Assembly (NCBI GenBank): GCA_020184695.1
Contig: JAANOX010000245.1
Location: forward strand, 62,001-126,000
From: Histomonas meleagridis 2922-C6/04-290x
Taxonomy: Eukaryota > Protista > Parabasalia
DNA: 64,000 bases
Direction of reading: 5' to 3'
The position numbers and the translations under genes are program-made. Positions 1 through 11,900 of the stretch are shown here, piece by piece. Under the pieces are notes generated by a model that saw only the letters and a list, made by a program, of their open reading frames with translations, was not told the DNA's origin and did not search any database. Each line of letters opens with the position of its first letter. The first letter of the stretch is position 1.

Positions 1-576
1 TCCAATCAGTCCACTCAAAAAGAATATAACCCAAAACAACACATCCCACTTTGAATATTCATTAGTCTTTTGATTGGGTTCTTTGATTTCATTCTTATGT
101 TTCCCTTTGCTTGTATGATTTATATTAACTCGTTTAGTTCTAAAACTATTTTTCTCTTCTCTTCGTTTGAAAACACTTGCACAGTTTTGATCTTTTCCTG
201 GATTAATTTTATTTAAATTTCTTTTGTTGTTTCTAATCAATTTTTTATGAACATATTCTTTGTTTGTTGAAATATTTATTTGCTCTCCATTTTTTGTTGT
301 GTTTTTTATATTAATTTGTTCATTTTCCATACTTGAAGTATCAATTTTTGAGGAGGCTTTATCTACTCTTTTGTCTTTTGATTTAAAAACATCCTCTTTT
401 GTATTTTCTTTGTTTCTTTCTTCATCAAAAGTTTGAATAAGTTTATTCTGGCCTTCTTCTCTTGTCATTTCATTTGTTCTATAATCATCAGGTATATCAC
501 CCGCTATCGGATATTGGAATAATGGGTGGTATAATGGTTGGCTTTTAGTAAAGCAAATTAATAAAGCACTAATCAT
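1..576 (-). CDS. Partial, probably frameshifted membrane/secreted protein running off the window edge
   Basis: ATG at 576 gives MISALLICFTKSQ (signal-peptide-like). After a 1-nt shift near 480, a stop-free frame runs to base 1 and ends in hydrophobic WDVLFWVIFFLSGLIG. Confidence 0.35.
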   Translation of the reverse strand, partial: MISALLICFTKSQPLYHPLFQYPIAGDIPDDYRTNEMTREEGQNKLIQTFDEERNKENTKEDVFKSKDKRVDKASSKIDTSSMENEQINIKNTTKNGEQINISTNKEYVHKKLIRNNKRNLNKINPGKDQNCASVFKRREEKNSFRTKRVNINHTSKGKHKNEIKEPNQKTNEYSKWDVLFWVIFFLSGLIG

Positions 577-743
577 AATAACAACTCTATTAAATTTTTT
601 TGAAATTATTTTTAAACTTTAAATAAATACATTGCAAGAAATAAAAATACAAAATTTTAATAAAATAATAAACAATAAACATTACATGTTGCCAACAAAT
701 AAAATTTTTCATTCAAACAGAGTTAATTCAATTCTTTTTTATC

Positions 744-766
744 GTCACTTTCATTTTCAGCGGTTA
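744..766 (+). promoter_or_regulatory. Trichomonad-type core promoter motifs upstream of Hsp70
   Basis: GTCACTTT (reverse of AAAGTGAC) at 744-751, TCATTT Inr-like sequence, and GCGGTT at 760-765, just upstream of ATG 780. The same GTCACTTT/AAAGTGAC motif recurs at 14454-14462 and 34334-34341 before other start codons. Confidence 0.45.
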
Positions 767-779
767 ATGCGACCACAAA

Positions 780-2657
780 ATGCTTCATTCTCTAGCTAAG
801 CATTCATTCAGTCGATTTTTTGCTAGCACTGCGAAAGAAATGCCAATTATTGGCATTGATCTCGGAACGACTAACTCATGTGTTGCAATTGTTGAAGGTG
901 GTTCACCAAAAGTTCTTCAAAATGCAGAAGGTGCACGTACTACACCTTCAATTGTTGCTTTCACTAAAGATGGACAACGTCTTATTGGTGAGCATGCCAA
1001 ACGTCAAATGGTAACTAATACTAAATCAACATTTTTTGCAACTAAAAGACTTATTGGTCGACGCATAGATGATGAAATGGTTGAACGTTCTCGTAAAATG
1101 GTTCCATACGAAATTGTTAAAGCACAAAATGGGGAAGCTTGGGTTCGTGATGAAAAATCAAATATTTATTCACCAGCACAAATCGGTGCCTTTGTTTTAG
1201 AAAAGATGAAAGAAACAGCTGAAGCTTATATTGGTAGCACAGTTAAAAAAGCAGTCATCACAGTTCCTGCATATTTCAATGATTCTCAAAGACAAGCAAC
1301 CAAAGATGCAGGTAAGATAGCGGGTCTCGATGTTCAACGTATTGTCAACGAGCCAACAGCTGCAGCTCTTGCTTATGGAGTTGAGCGAAAACAAGGCCAA
1401 ACGGTCGCCGTCTTTGATCTTGGTGGCGGAACATTTGATATTTCCATTCTTGAGATCAGCAAAGATGGAGTATTCGAAGTCAAAGCCACAAATGGTGACA
1501 CATTTCTTGGTGGTGAAGATTTTGATTCAGTATTAATTAATTACATAATTGCCGAATTTAAGAAGTCAGAAAACATTGACTTAACAAATGACTCTATGGC
1601 AATGCAACGTGTTAAGGAAGCCGCTGAGAAGGCCAAATGTGAATTATCGACAATGCTCAAAACCGAAATTAATCTTCCATATATCACAGTCACAGCCGCT
1701 GGCCCCAAGCACTTACAAATGTCCATAACACGACAAAAGTTTGAAGAATTATCGGCTGATTTAATCAAGCGTACAATTGCACCATGCACGGCATGTCTTA
1801 AAGACGCAGGTCTTACTACAAAGAACATTGACGAAGTCATAATGGTTGGAGGAATGACACGAATGCCCAAAGTCATCAGCAGTGTCCAAGAATTCTTTGG
1901 TAAAGATCCATTCCGCGGAGTCAATCCGGACGAAGTTGTTGCCATTGGCGCCGCAATTCAAGGCTCAATCATCCGCGGCGACATGAAAGACATTGTATTA
2001 TTAGATGTCACTCCATTATCTTTAGGCATTGAAACTGTTGGCGGTGTATTTGCTCCATTGATATCGCGTAACACTGTTGTTCCATGCAAGAAGAGCAATG
2101 TTTTCTCGACCGCTGAAGATGGCCAAACACATGTAAATGTCAGAGTTTTCCAAGGCGAACGTGAAATGGTATCAGGTAATAAGTTACTTGGAGAGTTCAC
2201 ATTAGTCGGTATACCACCAGCGCCTAAAGGCGTGCCAAAGATTGAAGTAACATTCGAAATCGACGCGAATTCTATTGTACATGTTTCAGCACGTGATAAG
2301 TCAAGTGGTAAGGAACAAGATATGACAATACAACAACATGGAGGATTAAGCCAAGAAGAAATAGATAAAATGATCGAAGATGCCGAGAAACATGCAAAAG
2401 AAGATAAGGAACAAAAGGAAATGGTACAAAAGAAATATGATATCGAAGAATATTGTAAACAAACGGAAAAACAAATCAAAGATTATGAAAGTAAATTGCC
2501 AAAAGAATTGGTGGAAAAGTTAAAGAAGAGAATCAACGAAGTGAAAGAACAATTAAATGGTACAGACGTGAAGTTGCTGAATGAAAAGTTCGAATTGTTA
2601 AAGACAGAATCAATGGAAATGTATAGTGCAATTAATGAGGCTTCCCAGAAAAAATAA
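780..2657 (+). CDS. HSP70: Mitochondrial-type (hydrogenosomal) Hsp70 / DnaK
   Basis: [16 protein letters not shown] and VGGMTRMP motifs; mitochondrial-type signatures GEAWV and YSPAQIG; no EEVD tail; short presequence [16 protein letters not shown]. Confidence 0.95.
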   Translation: MLHSLAKHSFSRFFASTAKEMPIIGIDLGTTNSCVAIVEGGSPKVLQNAEGARTTPSIVAFTKDGQRLIGEHAKRQMVTNTKSTFFATKRLIGRRIDDEMVERSRKMVPYEIVKAQNGEAWVRDEKSNIYSPAQIGAFVLEKMKETAEAYIGSTVKKAVITVPAYFNDSQRQATKDAGKIAGLDVQRIVNEPTAAALAYGVERKQGQTVAVFDLGGGTFDISILEISKDGVFEVKATNGDTFLGGEDFDSVLINYIIAEFKKSENIDLTNDSMAMQRVKEAAEKAKCELSTMLKTEINLPYITVTAAGPKHLQMSITRQKFEELSADLIKRTIAPCTACLKDAGLTTKNIDEVIMVGGMTRMPKVISSVQEFFGKDPFRGVNPDEVVAIGAAIQGSIIRGDMKDIVLLDVTPLSLGIETVGGVFAPLISRNTVVPCKKSNVFSTAEDGQTHVNVRVFQGEREMVSGNKLLGEFTLVGIPPAPKGVPKIEVTFEIDANSIVHVSARDKSSGKEQDMTIQQHGGLSQEEIDKMIEDAEKHAKEDKEQKEMVQKKYDIEEYCKQTEKQIKDYESKLPKELVEKLKKRINEVKEQLNGTDVKLLNEKFELLKTESMEMYSAINEASQKK

Positions 2658-2948
2658 AACTAAAATAAGCTAATAAAGAAAATTTTTGTTTTTAATGCTT
2701 CGAAAAAATGAATTTGGCGTTAAGTGTCAAATAAGAAAAATTTGATTTGAAAAACTGTTCTTCAATTATAATTAGAAATCACATAATTGGATAACTTATG
2801 ATTTGCTTTTTTGAAGATTTTTTTACTCAAACTTAGGACCAAAAATGAGAAGTACGATATAACTTTTTGTATTACAATTTTCACTTGAAACTGATCGTTT
2901 TTTCCTTTGAAAATAATTTGAGTTTATTTTGAACGTCTTCGAAATTGA

Positions 2949-5411
2949 ATGATATATTTTAACGGCTTCTTAAAAATGTCTCTCGATGATGTAACTACAG
3001 ATGAAATCCAAAAGTTGATGGAAAAAATCTCATCAAAAGAGGAAAAGGCTCAATATGCATCTGAAGCTTTGGTTGTTTATGATGATGATGAAAAACATAA
3101 ACCAAAAGTACACCATTTGTTAACAACAGAATGTTGCTTTTACCAATTTGATAAAGACAAAGGACTTGAAGCCGATCCTATTTCTACTGATTCTTTGTTT
3201 GAACTAACAGAAATACAGATAAAAAATGAAGATTTTATTATCAAATTCAAAACTACTCAATATCATTTATCTCTTAATGAACCATTTAAACTTATGGTAA
3301 ATATTTATACAAATCATAAAGCATTGTATTGGGGTGTTCATTCTAATCAAATTCCAAGAAGTTCTTCATCTCTTTTACAAAATAATTTTTACCAAGCAGC
3401 AGATATGCCACTCCAGCGCCCAGAAAACCTTCTTCTTATAAGATATGTAGGTTTATGCGTTGCTAAGCATTTATCTCCCGAACCAGAAATAATACAAATT
3501 TTCAAAGACTATCAAGAAAATCCAAGACGTATTCTTCATTTATCCAACTTTGATCTCCAAACAGTTACGCCCACAATGTTCTCTCTTTTACTTGAAGGAA
3601 ATCTCAGAAGTATCACATTAGACAATTTTGGTGTTCATAACTTCGGGGCTGTTCTAAATTGGATTCTGACAAACCAAAGCAAGCTGATATCTGTTGATCT
3701 CAAGAATTATGAAACTGCAAATTTCAAAGGCATATCAAACAAACGTTCCAGCTTCAATAATGTTAGTACGATTAGAATTCATGATTGTACCACGCAATTT
3801 ATTCTTGATTTTTTCACAGCAATGAAAAGTGTTTATTATAAAATCGATACATTAATTTTTGAAAATATTCGATTTGATGAAACAACCACCGAATTGATTG
3901 TTACTAGCTTCCAAACATATAACTTCTTTTCATCAATAACATCCTTAGCTTTTATTTCATGCACATGTAATAACATTTCATTTAACGAATTCGCCTCTCA
4001 AATAATTCAATCGCTTGAAAAGCTCTCAAATATTCACATTGAAAATTGTAGCGTTGACGTTTGTGACATGTTAACCGTCATCGCACAAACCGATTCATCG
4101 GTTCAAAATATTTGTTTACGTAAAAACTTCGCAAGTTCAGTTATTAGTCATGAACAACATGTAATACCACAATCAATCCTTTCACTTGATTTCGGTAATT
4201 GCGATTTTAATACTGATTCTTTGATATCATTGATTTCTGGAATTTGTCACAGAACAAGAAGATTACCATTGGCTTTAGCAATTAATGCAATCACTATTGA
4301 TACAACTTGGGTAGACGTTTTTGAAAGATTAAGTTCGGAATCTTTACTTCCCGTTTTAACAGAATTAAATATCAGTAACAATGAATTTGATAAAAATGCT
4401 TTTAAAGCCTTCCTAAAATTCCTCGAAACTCAATCACCAATTACATCAAAATCACAACAGATTCTTCAACATTTGAACATATCAAAATGTATACCAGAAA
4501 AAAACACCAAATCTTCCATGGACATGCTTCTAGATTTCCTTTCTTCACGTAAGTTATGGGGTCTTGAAGCTTGTGGGATTAAACCAGACATCAGATATAA
4601 AGATATTCCATGTCTTTATTCACTTAATATTGGTGATAACAAAATGGACGATGAGACGAAGTCGATCATATTTGATATCATCCAACAAGCGCCATCTCTT
4701 GCAGAACTTGGCGTCGATTCCCTCGAATTTTCTGATGTGAAGGAAGCCGTTGAATTTTACAATAACGTTTTGGGGTACCCCAAAATTATATCGTTTGACC
4801 AACCGAAAAAGTTGATCGACGAGAACATTCGTTACAATGAAGTCAAGCGGATGAAAGAAAGTTTTAACAAAAAGCGCCAATTTAGTACTGTCAATCAACG
4901 TCTATCGCTTTATCTAGCTTTAGCGAGTGAGTTTTCAATTCGAGTACCTCAACCAATATCATTTGTTGATTTTGATGAATCAACTAAGGAAGGTTCTAAC
5001 GTATCTTTTCTCCTTTCAGAGTCCAAATTTAATAACCCTATACCATCTCTTTTCACATTGGCCAATATGAATAATGTTGATGTAAGTGTAGATCCAATTG
5101 CTGCAATGGTATCAGAATACGTGTCAACATCAGGAAGATTTGGAACTATTCCACCAACAGCTCCACCTGTTGAACAAGCTAAAGATAAATTTACATTGCC
5201 ATCAATATTTGCATCGATGGAAACCAAAAATGAAATGGAGATGTACTCAGTCGACATAGGCTTCGACGTGAACAGTAAGGAGGTTCTAGAACTCTCTGAG
5301 CAATTATCTGATGCATTAGAAAAGGAAGTAAATGTGAACATCAAGGGCGATACTAAGTTTTGGGGAAAGAGGGCCAACTTTGTAGCGTTCGAAACAATGG
5401 ATTTGCCTTAA
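2949..5411 (+). CDS. Leucine-rich-repeat protein (RNI/CARMIL-like architecture)
   Basis: 820-aa intact ORF (alternative ATG 2976) with LxxLxISNNxF-type repeats (LTELNISNNEFD, LQHLNISKC, LYSLNIGDNKMD). Confidence 0.65.
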   Translation: MIYFNGFLKMSLDDVTTDEIQKLMEKISSKEEKAQYASEALVVYDDDEKHKPKVHHLLTTECCFYQFDKDKGLEADPISTDSLFELTEIQIKNEDFIIKFKTTQYHLSLNEPFKLMVNIYTNHKALYWGVHSNQIPRSSSSLLQNNFYQAADMPLQRPENLLLIRYVGLCVAKHLSPEPEIIQIFKDYQENPRRILHLSNFDLQTVTPTMFSLLLEGNLRSITLDNFGVHNFGAVLNWILTNQSKLISVDLKNYETANFKGISNKRSSFNNVSTIRIHDCTTQFILDFFTAMKSVYYKIDTLIFENIRFDETTTELIVTSFQTYNFFSSITSLAFISCTCNNISFNEFASQIIQSLEKLSNIHIENCSVDVCDMLTVIAQTDSSVQNICLRKNFASSVISHEQHVIPQSILSLDFGNCDFNTDSLISLISGICHRTRRLPLALAINAITIDTTWVDVFERLSSESLLPVLTELNISNNEFDKNAFKAFLKFLETQSPITSKSQQILQHLNISKCIPEKNTKSSMDMLLDFLSSRKLWGLEACGIKPDIRYKDIPCLYSLNIGDNKMDDETKSIIFDIIQQAPSLAELGVDSLEFSDVKEAVEFYNNVLGYPKIISFDQPKKLIDENIRYNEVKRMKESFNKKRQFSTVNQRLSLYLALASEFSIRVPQPISFVDFDESTKEGSNVSFLLSESKFNNPIPSLFTLANMNNVDVSVDPIAAMVSEYVSTSGRFGTIPPTAPPVEQAKDKFTLPSIFASMETKNEMEMYSVDIGFDVNSKEVLELSEQLSDALEKEVNVNIKGDTKFWGKRANFVAFETMDLP

Positions 5412-5624
5412 ATAAATTGTCTTTGCATGTGAATTTATAAAAAGGAATTACTGACGATAGAGTTTTCTATGCAACGATAATACTTTTTCTATTTTAAACG
5501 ATTATTAACCATTGAATCTCCTATCGTTAAACTTCAATTATATCGAAATAAAAAATTCAACTTTAGAAACGTATAAAAATATTTTTAACCAAAAAAATAT
5601 TTATTCAATACCTTCTAATTATTA

Positions 5625-8600
5625 TTAAGCTTGCTTAAGTAACTTGATTATTTCTGTCTGTTCTGTTACCATTGCAATATTAAGAGCTGTATAAAACAAC
5701 TTAAACAATTTCCAAATATTTTCTTGAAATAAAAAATTCCAAAATTTGATTTTAACTAAAATAAATAAATATTTTTTGCATTAATATCAATTCCTTTTTT
5801 ATTAATAAGTAATTTGACTATTTCAGTATATCCTTTGGTGCATGCAATCATAAGTGCTGTTTCAAAAAAATTAAATAAATTTTAAATAATTTTCAGAATT
5901 TTTGATATTATTTTTGATATTGACATCAATTCCTTTATGTTCGATAAGTAATTTGGATAATTCTATTTCGTCATTTTTTAATGATATAATAAGTGGCGTA
6001 TCAAATAATTTAAATAATTTCCAAATATTATTTTAAAATAAAAAATCATTAAATTAAATACGAAATAAAACAAAAAAATATCTTTCACATTTAAATTAAT
6101 ACCTTCTTGATTAATAAGCAATTTAACTATTTCTGTATAACCATTTGTAGCTGCATAGATAAGTGCTGTTATAAATAATATAAAAAATTTCCAAATATTA
6201 TTTTGAAATATTAAATTATTAAAATAAATTTTAAATAAAACAAATAAATATCTTTGGCATTTAAATTAATACCTTCTTTTTCAAGAAGTAATTTAACTAT
6301 TTCTGTATGACCCTTCCAAGATGCATAAATAAGTGGTGTAACAAATAATTTAAATAATTTCCAAATATTATTTTGAAATATTAAATTATTAAAATAAATA
6401 CGAAATAAAACATAAAAATATTTTTGGCATTTAAATTAATACCTTTTTGTTCAAGAAGTAATTTAACTATTTCTGTAAAACCATTTGTAGCTGCATAGAT
6501 AAGCGCTGTTTTAAATAATATAAAAAATTTCCAAATATTATTTTGAAATATTAAGTAATTAAAATATATTTTAAATAAAACAAATAAATATCTTTTACAT
6601 TAATATCAATTCCTTTTTGTTCAAGAAGTAATTTAACTATTTCTGTAAAACCATTTGTAGCTGCATAGATAAGCGCTGTTTTAAATAACCTAAATAATTT
6701 CCAAATATTATTTTGAAATACTAAATTATTTAAATAAATTTCAAATAAAATAAATAAATTTCTTTAGCATTAATATCAATTCCTTTTTGTTCAAGAAGTA
6801 ATTTAACTGTTTCTGTATGACCATTTTGAGATGATAAAATAAGTGCTTTAACAAATATTATTTTGATATATAAAATTATTTAAATAAATTCTAAACAAAA
6901 CATTTAAATATCTTTTACATTAATATCAATTCCTTTTTGTTCAAGAAGTAATTTAACTATTTCTGTATAACCATTTGAAGATGCACATATAAGTGCTGTA
7001 TAAAATAATTTAAATAATTTCCAAATATTATTTTGAAATACTAAATTATTAAAACAAATTTCAAATAAAATAAATAAATTTCTTTAGCATTAATATCAAT
7101 TCCTTTTTGTTCAAGAAGCAATTTAACTATTTCTGTGAAACCATTTGTAGCTGCATAGATAAGCGCTGTTTTAAATAACCTAAAAAAATTCCAAATATTA
7201 TTTTTAAATATAAAGTAATTTAAATAAATTTCAAATAAAATAAATTAATACCTTTAGTATTAATATTACATTTACCTTTTTCAATAATTAATTTGCATAT
7301 TTCAGTGTTACCATTTTTAGATGCTAATATAAGAGGTGTTTCATATCATTTAGATATATTCCTAATTGAATGAAAAAACAAAAACATATTTAAAAAAATT
7401 TGAATTAACATAAATAAATATTTTTAGCATCAATATCAATTTCATTATTTTCAAGAACATATCTGAATAATTCAATATTCCCAGAAAATGCGCAAGGAAA
7501 TAAAATATTTTTTGGAATAAGATGTCCACCAATAAAATATTTTACTAGAAATATATTACCAATATGTGATGATTCATAAATAGCAAATTCATTGAATTTA
7601 AAATCTTCTTTTTTCATTATATACAAGAGAAGCTTATATGAATCATATAAAATACATTTCACTCTTAAATCTTTTATATCTAATGTTTTAATAATTTTAT
7701 TTTCATAAAGATATTTAAAGATATCATTTCGATGAAATTCAATTGCTGTTTCATATGATCCATAAAATGATGAATGATTTTGTTCACATAAATGAATGAT
7801 TTCTTCATTTCCACCTGCAACTGCATATTTACCTGTGTTTTCTACTTTTGCACCATTCATAAGTAAATATTTGAAACATTTAACTGATCCAAAAAATGCT
7901 GCATAATCAATTAATGTAACATTTTTTTTATTAATAAATGAACACCTTTCATAATGTGATGGTATAATATATTGATTAAAATTGAAATCATTTTGTGATG
8001 ATATTTCTTGAAGTTTTTCTATTTCATCATTTCGAATTATTTTTGTAATTTCATTTGGATTATGTCCTTCTTTAATATATTGCTTATGAAGTTCCCAATC
8101 ATTTTCTTTGATCTCTGTGATATTATCTAAGAACCATTGTTTGGTTCGGGAAAATATATAATACGGTTGGTAAAAATTTGTGAATGAATGAATGATTTTA
8201 TGCTTAAAATCATCAAAACGATCTCTCTTTGGAAGATGGTGAATAAAATATAGTGATCGTAAACTTGGTTTAGTTACAATTTCAACATTAGCCAATTTTT
8301 GGTTGATCATATTCTCTAAAATATAATCTGATTCTTGCGAATATAATGGTAAAAGATATTTAATAAATATATAAAATATTTTGTAGTTATTTATATCTTG
8401 AAATTTCTTATCTATTGCCTTTAAAAAGTCAAAATATATATTAATGTCTTTTCGTTGTGATATAAATGATGAATAAACTAATCTACATATTATATAAAAA
8501 AACGAATAAGGATAATTATGATCATATAAATTAAGAATTGATCCTACTGATTCATCAATATTTTCAAATTCTAAAGAAAAAACATTTTTTTCAAGTGTAA

Positions 8601-8640
8601 TTAGCATTGGAAAATATCCATTTTGAGTTTGTTTCTGCAT
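5625..8640 (-). CDS. Ankyrin-repeat protein A (DUF3447-like N-terminus) with array encrypted by 17-nt inserts
   Basis: ORF 8640-7405 ends ...IDIDAKN. Below 7420 there are 11 spacers with 41 inserts of 17 nt. Removing them gives AKN-QFGE-TPLILASKNG..., KG-EYGK-TAL, KE-ESGY-TAL, KD-KNGK-TAL and so on, to TALNIAMVTEQTEIIKLLKQA* (TAA 5627-5625). 3013-697=2316 nt = 772 aa. Confidence 0.85.
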
Positions 8641-8936
8641 TTTCTAAATTTTAATAATCTTTTTTTTTATACCTCGAGATTTTGATTGACACTTTTTGAA
8701 TATTCACCTCAAAAAGGAAACTGTTTAAAATTCTATAGTCACAGGATTAATCTTTGTTCCATATGCAACCTCTAACAAATACATATATTTTTATTATTGA
8801 TTTTATTGAGCCTATCCCTGCGTAAGTGGTATTTTAGTATGCATAATTGGAAATTACTAACTTAACACAAAAAACGCATTCCCACCTGTAAAAACCGTTT
8901 ATATTGGAGTATTAATACGGTTATAACAGTTTAAAT

Positions 8937-11900
8937 ATGAACACAAGAACAAAAAGAAATCCCTTGAACACTTCAAAAACGCGTGTATCAATCCCAAAAA
9001 ATATCAAAAAAGTAAACCAAAGATCACCATTTATTAGTTCTGGAAAATCAAATTCAAAAAAGAATTCAGCGCCATTACAGACACTTGAAAAAATCATTTT
9101 TGAACTAACAGAAAATAACATTGAATTATCAGCTCAATCAGCGATTATATTTTTTGATAATAATTTTCCTTATTCATTCAATCTTTTGATTAGTAGATTA
9201 ATTTATAGTGCATTTATATCACAAAGAAACGAAGAAAATTTATATTTAAATTTTTTAAAATATATTGAGTCTAAAGAAAAAGATATTAAAAATTATACAA
9301 TATTTTATGTTTTAAAGAGATATCTAATTCAGTTAAAATCACAAGAATCAAATTATTTACTTTTAAAAATGATTGAACATGAACTCATTCAACCGGATTT
9401 TATCAAAGAAAAGAAATCATTATATTTTGCAAATTATTATACAATTGAAGAAATTCATACATATAAATTCCAAGAACAATTTCTTTCGAATATTGAAGAA
9501 CTATCAAAGAATGATTGGAAACTTCATAAGCAATATATTAAAGAAGGACATAATCCAAATGAAATTACAAAAATAATTCGAAATGATGAAATAGAAAAAC
9601 TTCAAGAAATATCATCACAAACAAATTTTGATTTTAATCAAAAAATTGAGCCATCAGTTTATGAAAGATGTTCTTTTATCAATAAAAAAAATGTTACATT
9701 AATTGATTATGCAGCATTTTTTGGGTCAGTTAAATGTTTTAAATTTTTACTTATGAATGGTGCAAAAATAGAAAATACAGGTAAATATGCAATTGCAGGT
9801 GGAAATGAAGAAATCATTCATTTATGTGAACAAAATCATACATCATTTAAAGATGCATACGAAACAGCAATTGAATTTCATCGAAATGATATCTTTAAAT
9901 ATTTTTATGAAAATAAAATTAATAAAATTAAAGATTTAACAAAACTTGGTATTCTTAGTTTGAAACATAACAATTTCCAAACACTTATATTTTTAAAATC
10001 AGTTGGCTTGAAAATAAATCAAGAGATTTTGGAAAAAGCAATAAAAATTGGGAATTTATTCTTTCTTAAACGATATATTAAAAATCAACAATATTATTCA
10101 ATCATTTGCAATTCCCCTAATTCATCAAAAAATTATGAAATAATTAAATTAACTCTTGAACAAAGCAATTTTGATAATGCATCGAAAAATATTTATAAAA
10201 TTAATTCAATGTTTGTTTTGATCTATTTATGTTTAATATAAATCTTCTTAGTTTATTTAAATTATATAATAAACAACTTTTAAATGCATCAGATAAAGGT
10301 TACGCAGAAACTGTACAATTACTTATTAATCAACGTGGAATTAATGTTAATCAACAAGACATTGTTATCTATTGTATCATTGTGATTTAATTGATCAATC
10401 AAAGTTTATTTGATTTGTTTGAAACAGCACTTCATAAAGCATCTAGAAATAATCATTTTGAAATCGTTAAAATACTTCTTGGAAAAAATGGAATTGATGT
10501 TAATGCTAAAGATATTTGTGTGTTTTATTTGATATTTATTTTAATAATTTGATATTTCAAAAATAATATTTGGAAATTATTTTAATTATTTAATACAGCG
10601 CTTATATGGGCATCTAAAAAAGGTAATACTAAAATAGTTCAATTACTTCTCAAACAAAAAGGAATTGATATTAATGCTAAAGATATTTATTTGTTATATA
10701 TTATATTTGTTTTAGTAATTTAATTTTTCTAAATAATATTTGGAAATTATTTAAATTATCTAGAACAGCACTTATTGAAGCATCTTCACGAGGTTATATA
10801 GAAATAGTTAAATTACTTCTTGAACAAAAAGGAATTGATGTTAAAGTTAAAGATATTTATTTGTTTTATTTAAAATTTATTTTAATATTTTGATATTTCA
10901 ATATAATATTTGGAATTTATTTTATTTATTTTATACAGCACTTAATGAAGCAACATCAATAGGTCATATAAAAATAGTTAAATTACTTATTGAACAAAAA
11001 GGAATTGATATTAATGATAAAAATGATATATATTATTATAATTTTATATTTTAAAATAATATTTGGAAATTATTTAAATTATTTGATACAGCACTTATTT
11101 GGGCGTCTTATAAAGGTCATACAGATATAGTCAAATTACTTCTTGAACAAGAAGGAATTGATATTAATGCTAAAAATGATATATATTATTATAATTTTAT
11201 ATTTCAAAATAATATTTGGAAATTATTTAAATTATTTAATACAGCACTTATTGAAGCATCTAAAAAAGGTCAAACAGAAATAGTTAAATTACTTTTTGGG
11301 AAAAATGGACTTGATGTTAATGTTAAAAATTATATTCAATTTCTTATTTCAATATTAAAAAAATGTATTTAAAAATTATTTAGATTATTTAAAACAGTAC
11401 TTATGTATGCATCTGAAAATGGTTATACAGAAATAGTTAAATTACTTCTTGAACGAAAAGGAATTGATATTAATGCTCAAGACATTCATTTATTTTGATT
11501 AAATTTTATATAAATAATTTTATATTTCAATATAATATTTGGAAATTATTTAAATTATTTAGAACAGCACTGATGTATGCATCTTTGAATTGTAATACAG
11601 AAATGGTTAAAATACTTCTTGAGCAAGAAGGAATTGATATTAATGCTAAAGATATTTATTTGTTTTATTTAAGATTTATTTTAATAATTTGATATTTCAA
11701 AATAATATTTGGAAATTATTTAAATTATTTGAAACAGCACTTATGAAAGCATCTGAAGAAGGTCATACAATTATAGTTAATTTACTTCTTGAACAAGAAG
11801 AAATTGATATTAATGCTAAAGATATTTATTTGTTTTATTTAAGATTTATTTTAATAATTTGATATTTCAAAATAATATTTGGAAATTATTTAAATTATTT

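Noticed and set aside
820-2479. Short overlapping and antisense ORFs inside Hsp70, and similar ones inside ArfGAP, the mu subunit, LIM, ankyrin and BspA genes
   Set aside because: Shadow frames of real genes, without motifs.
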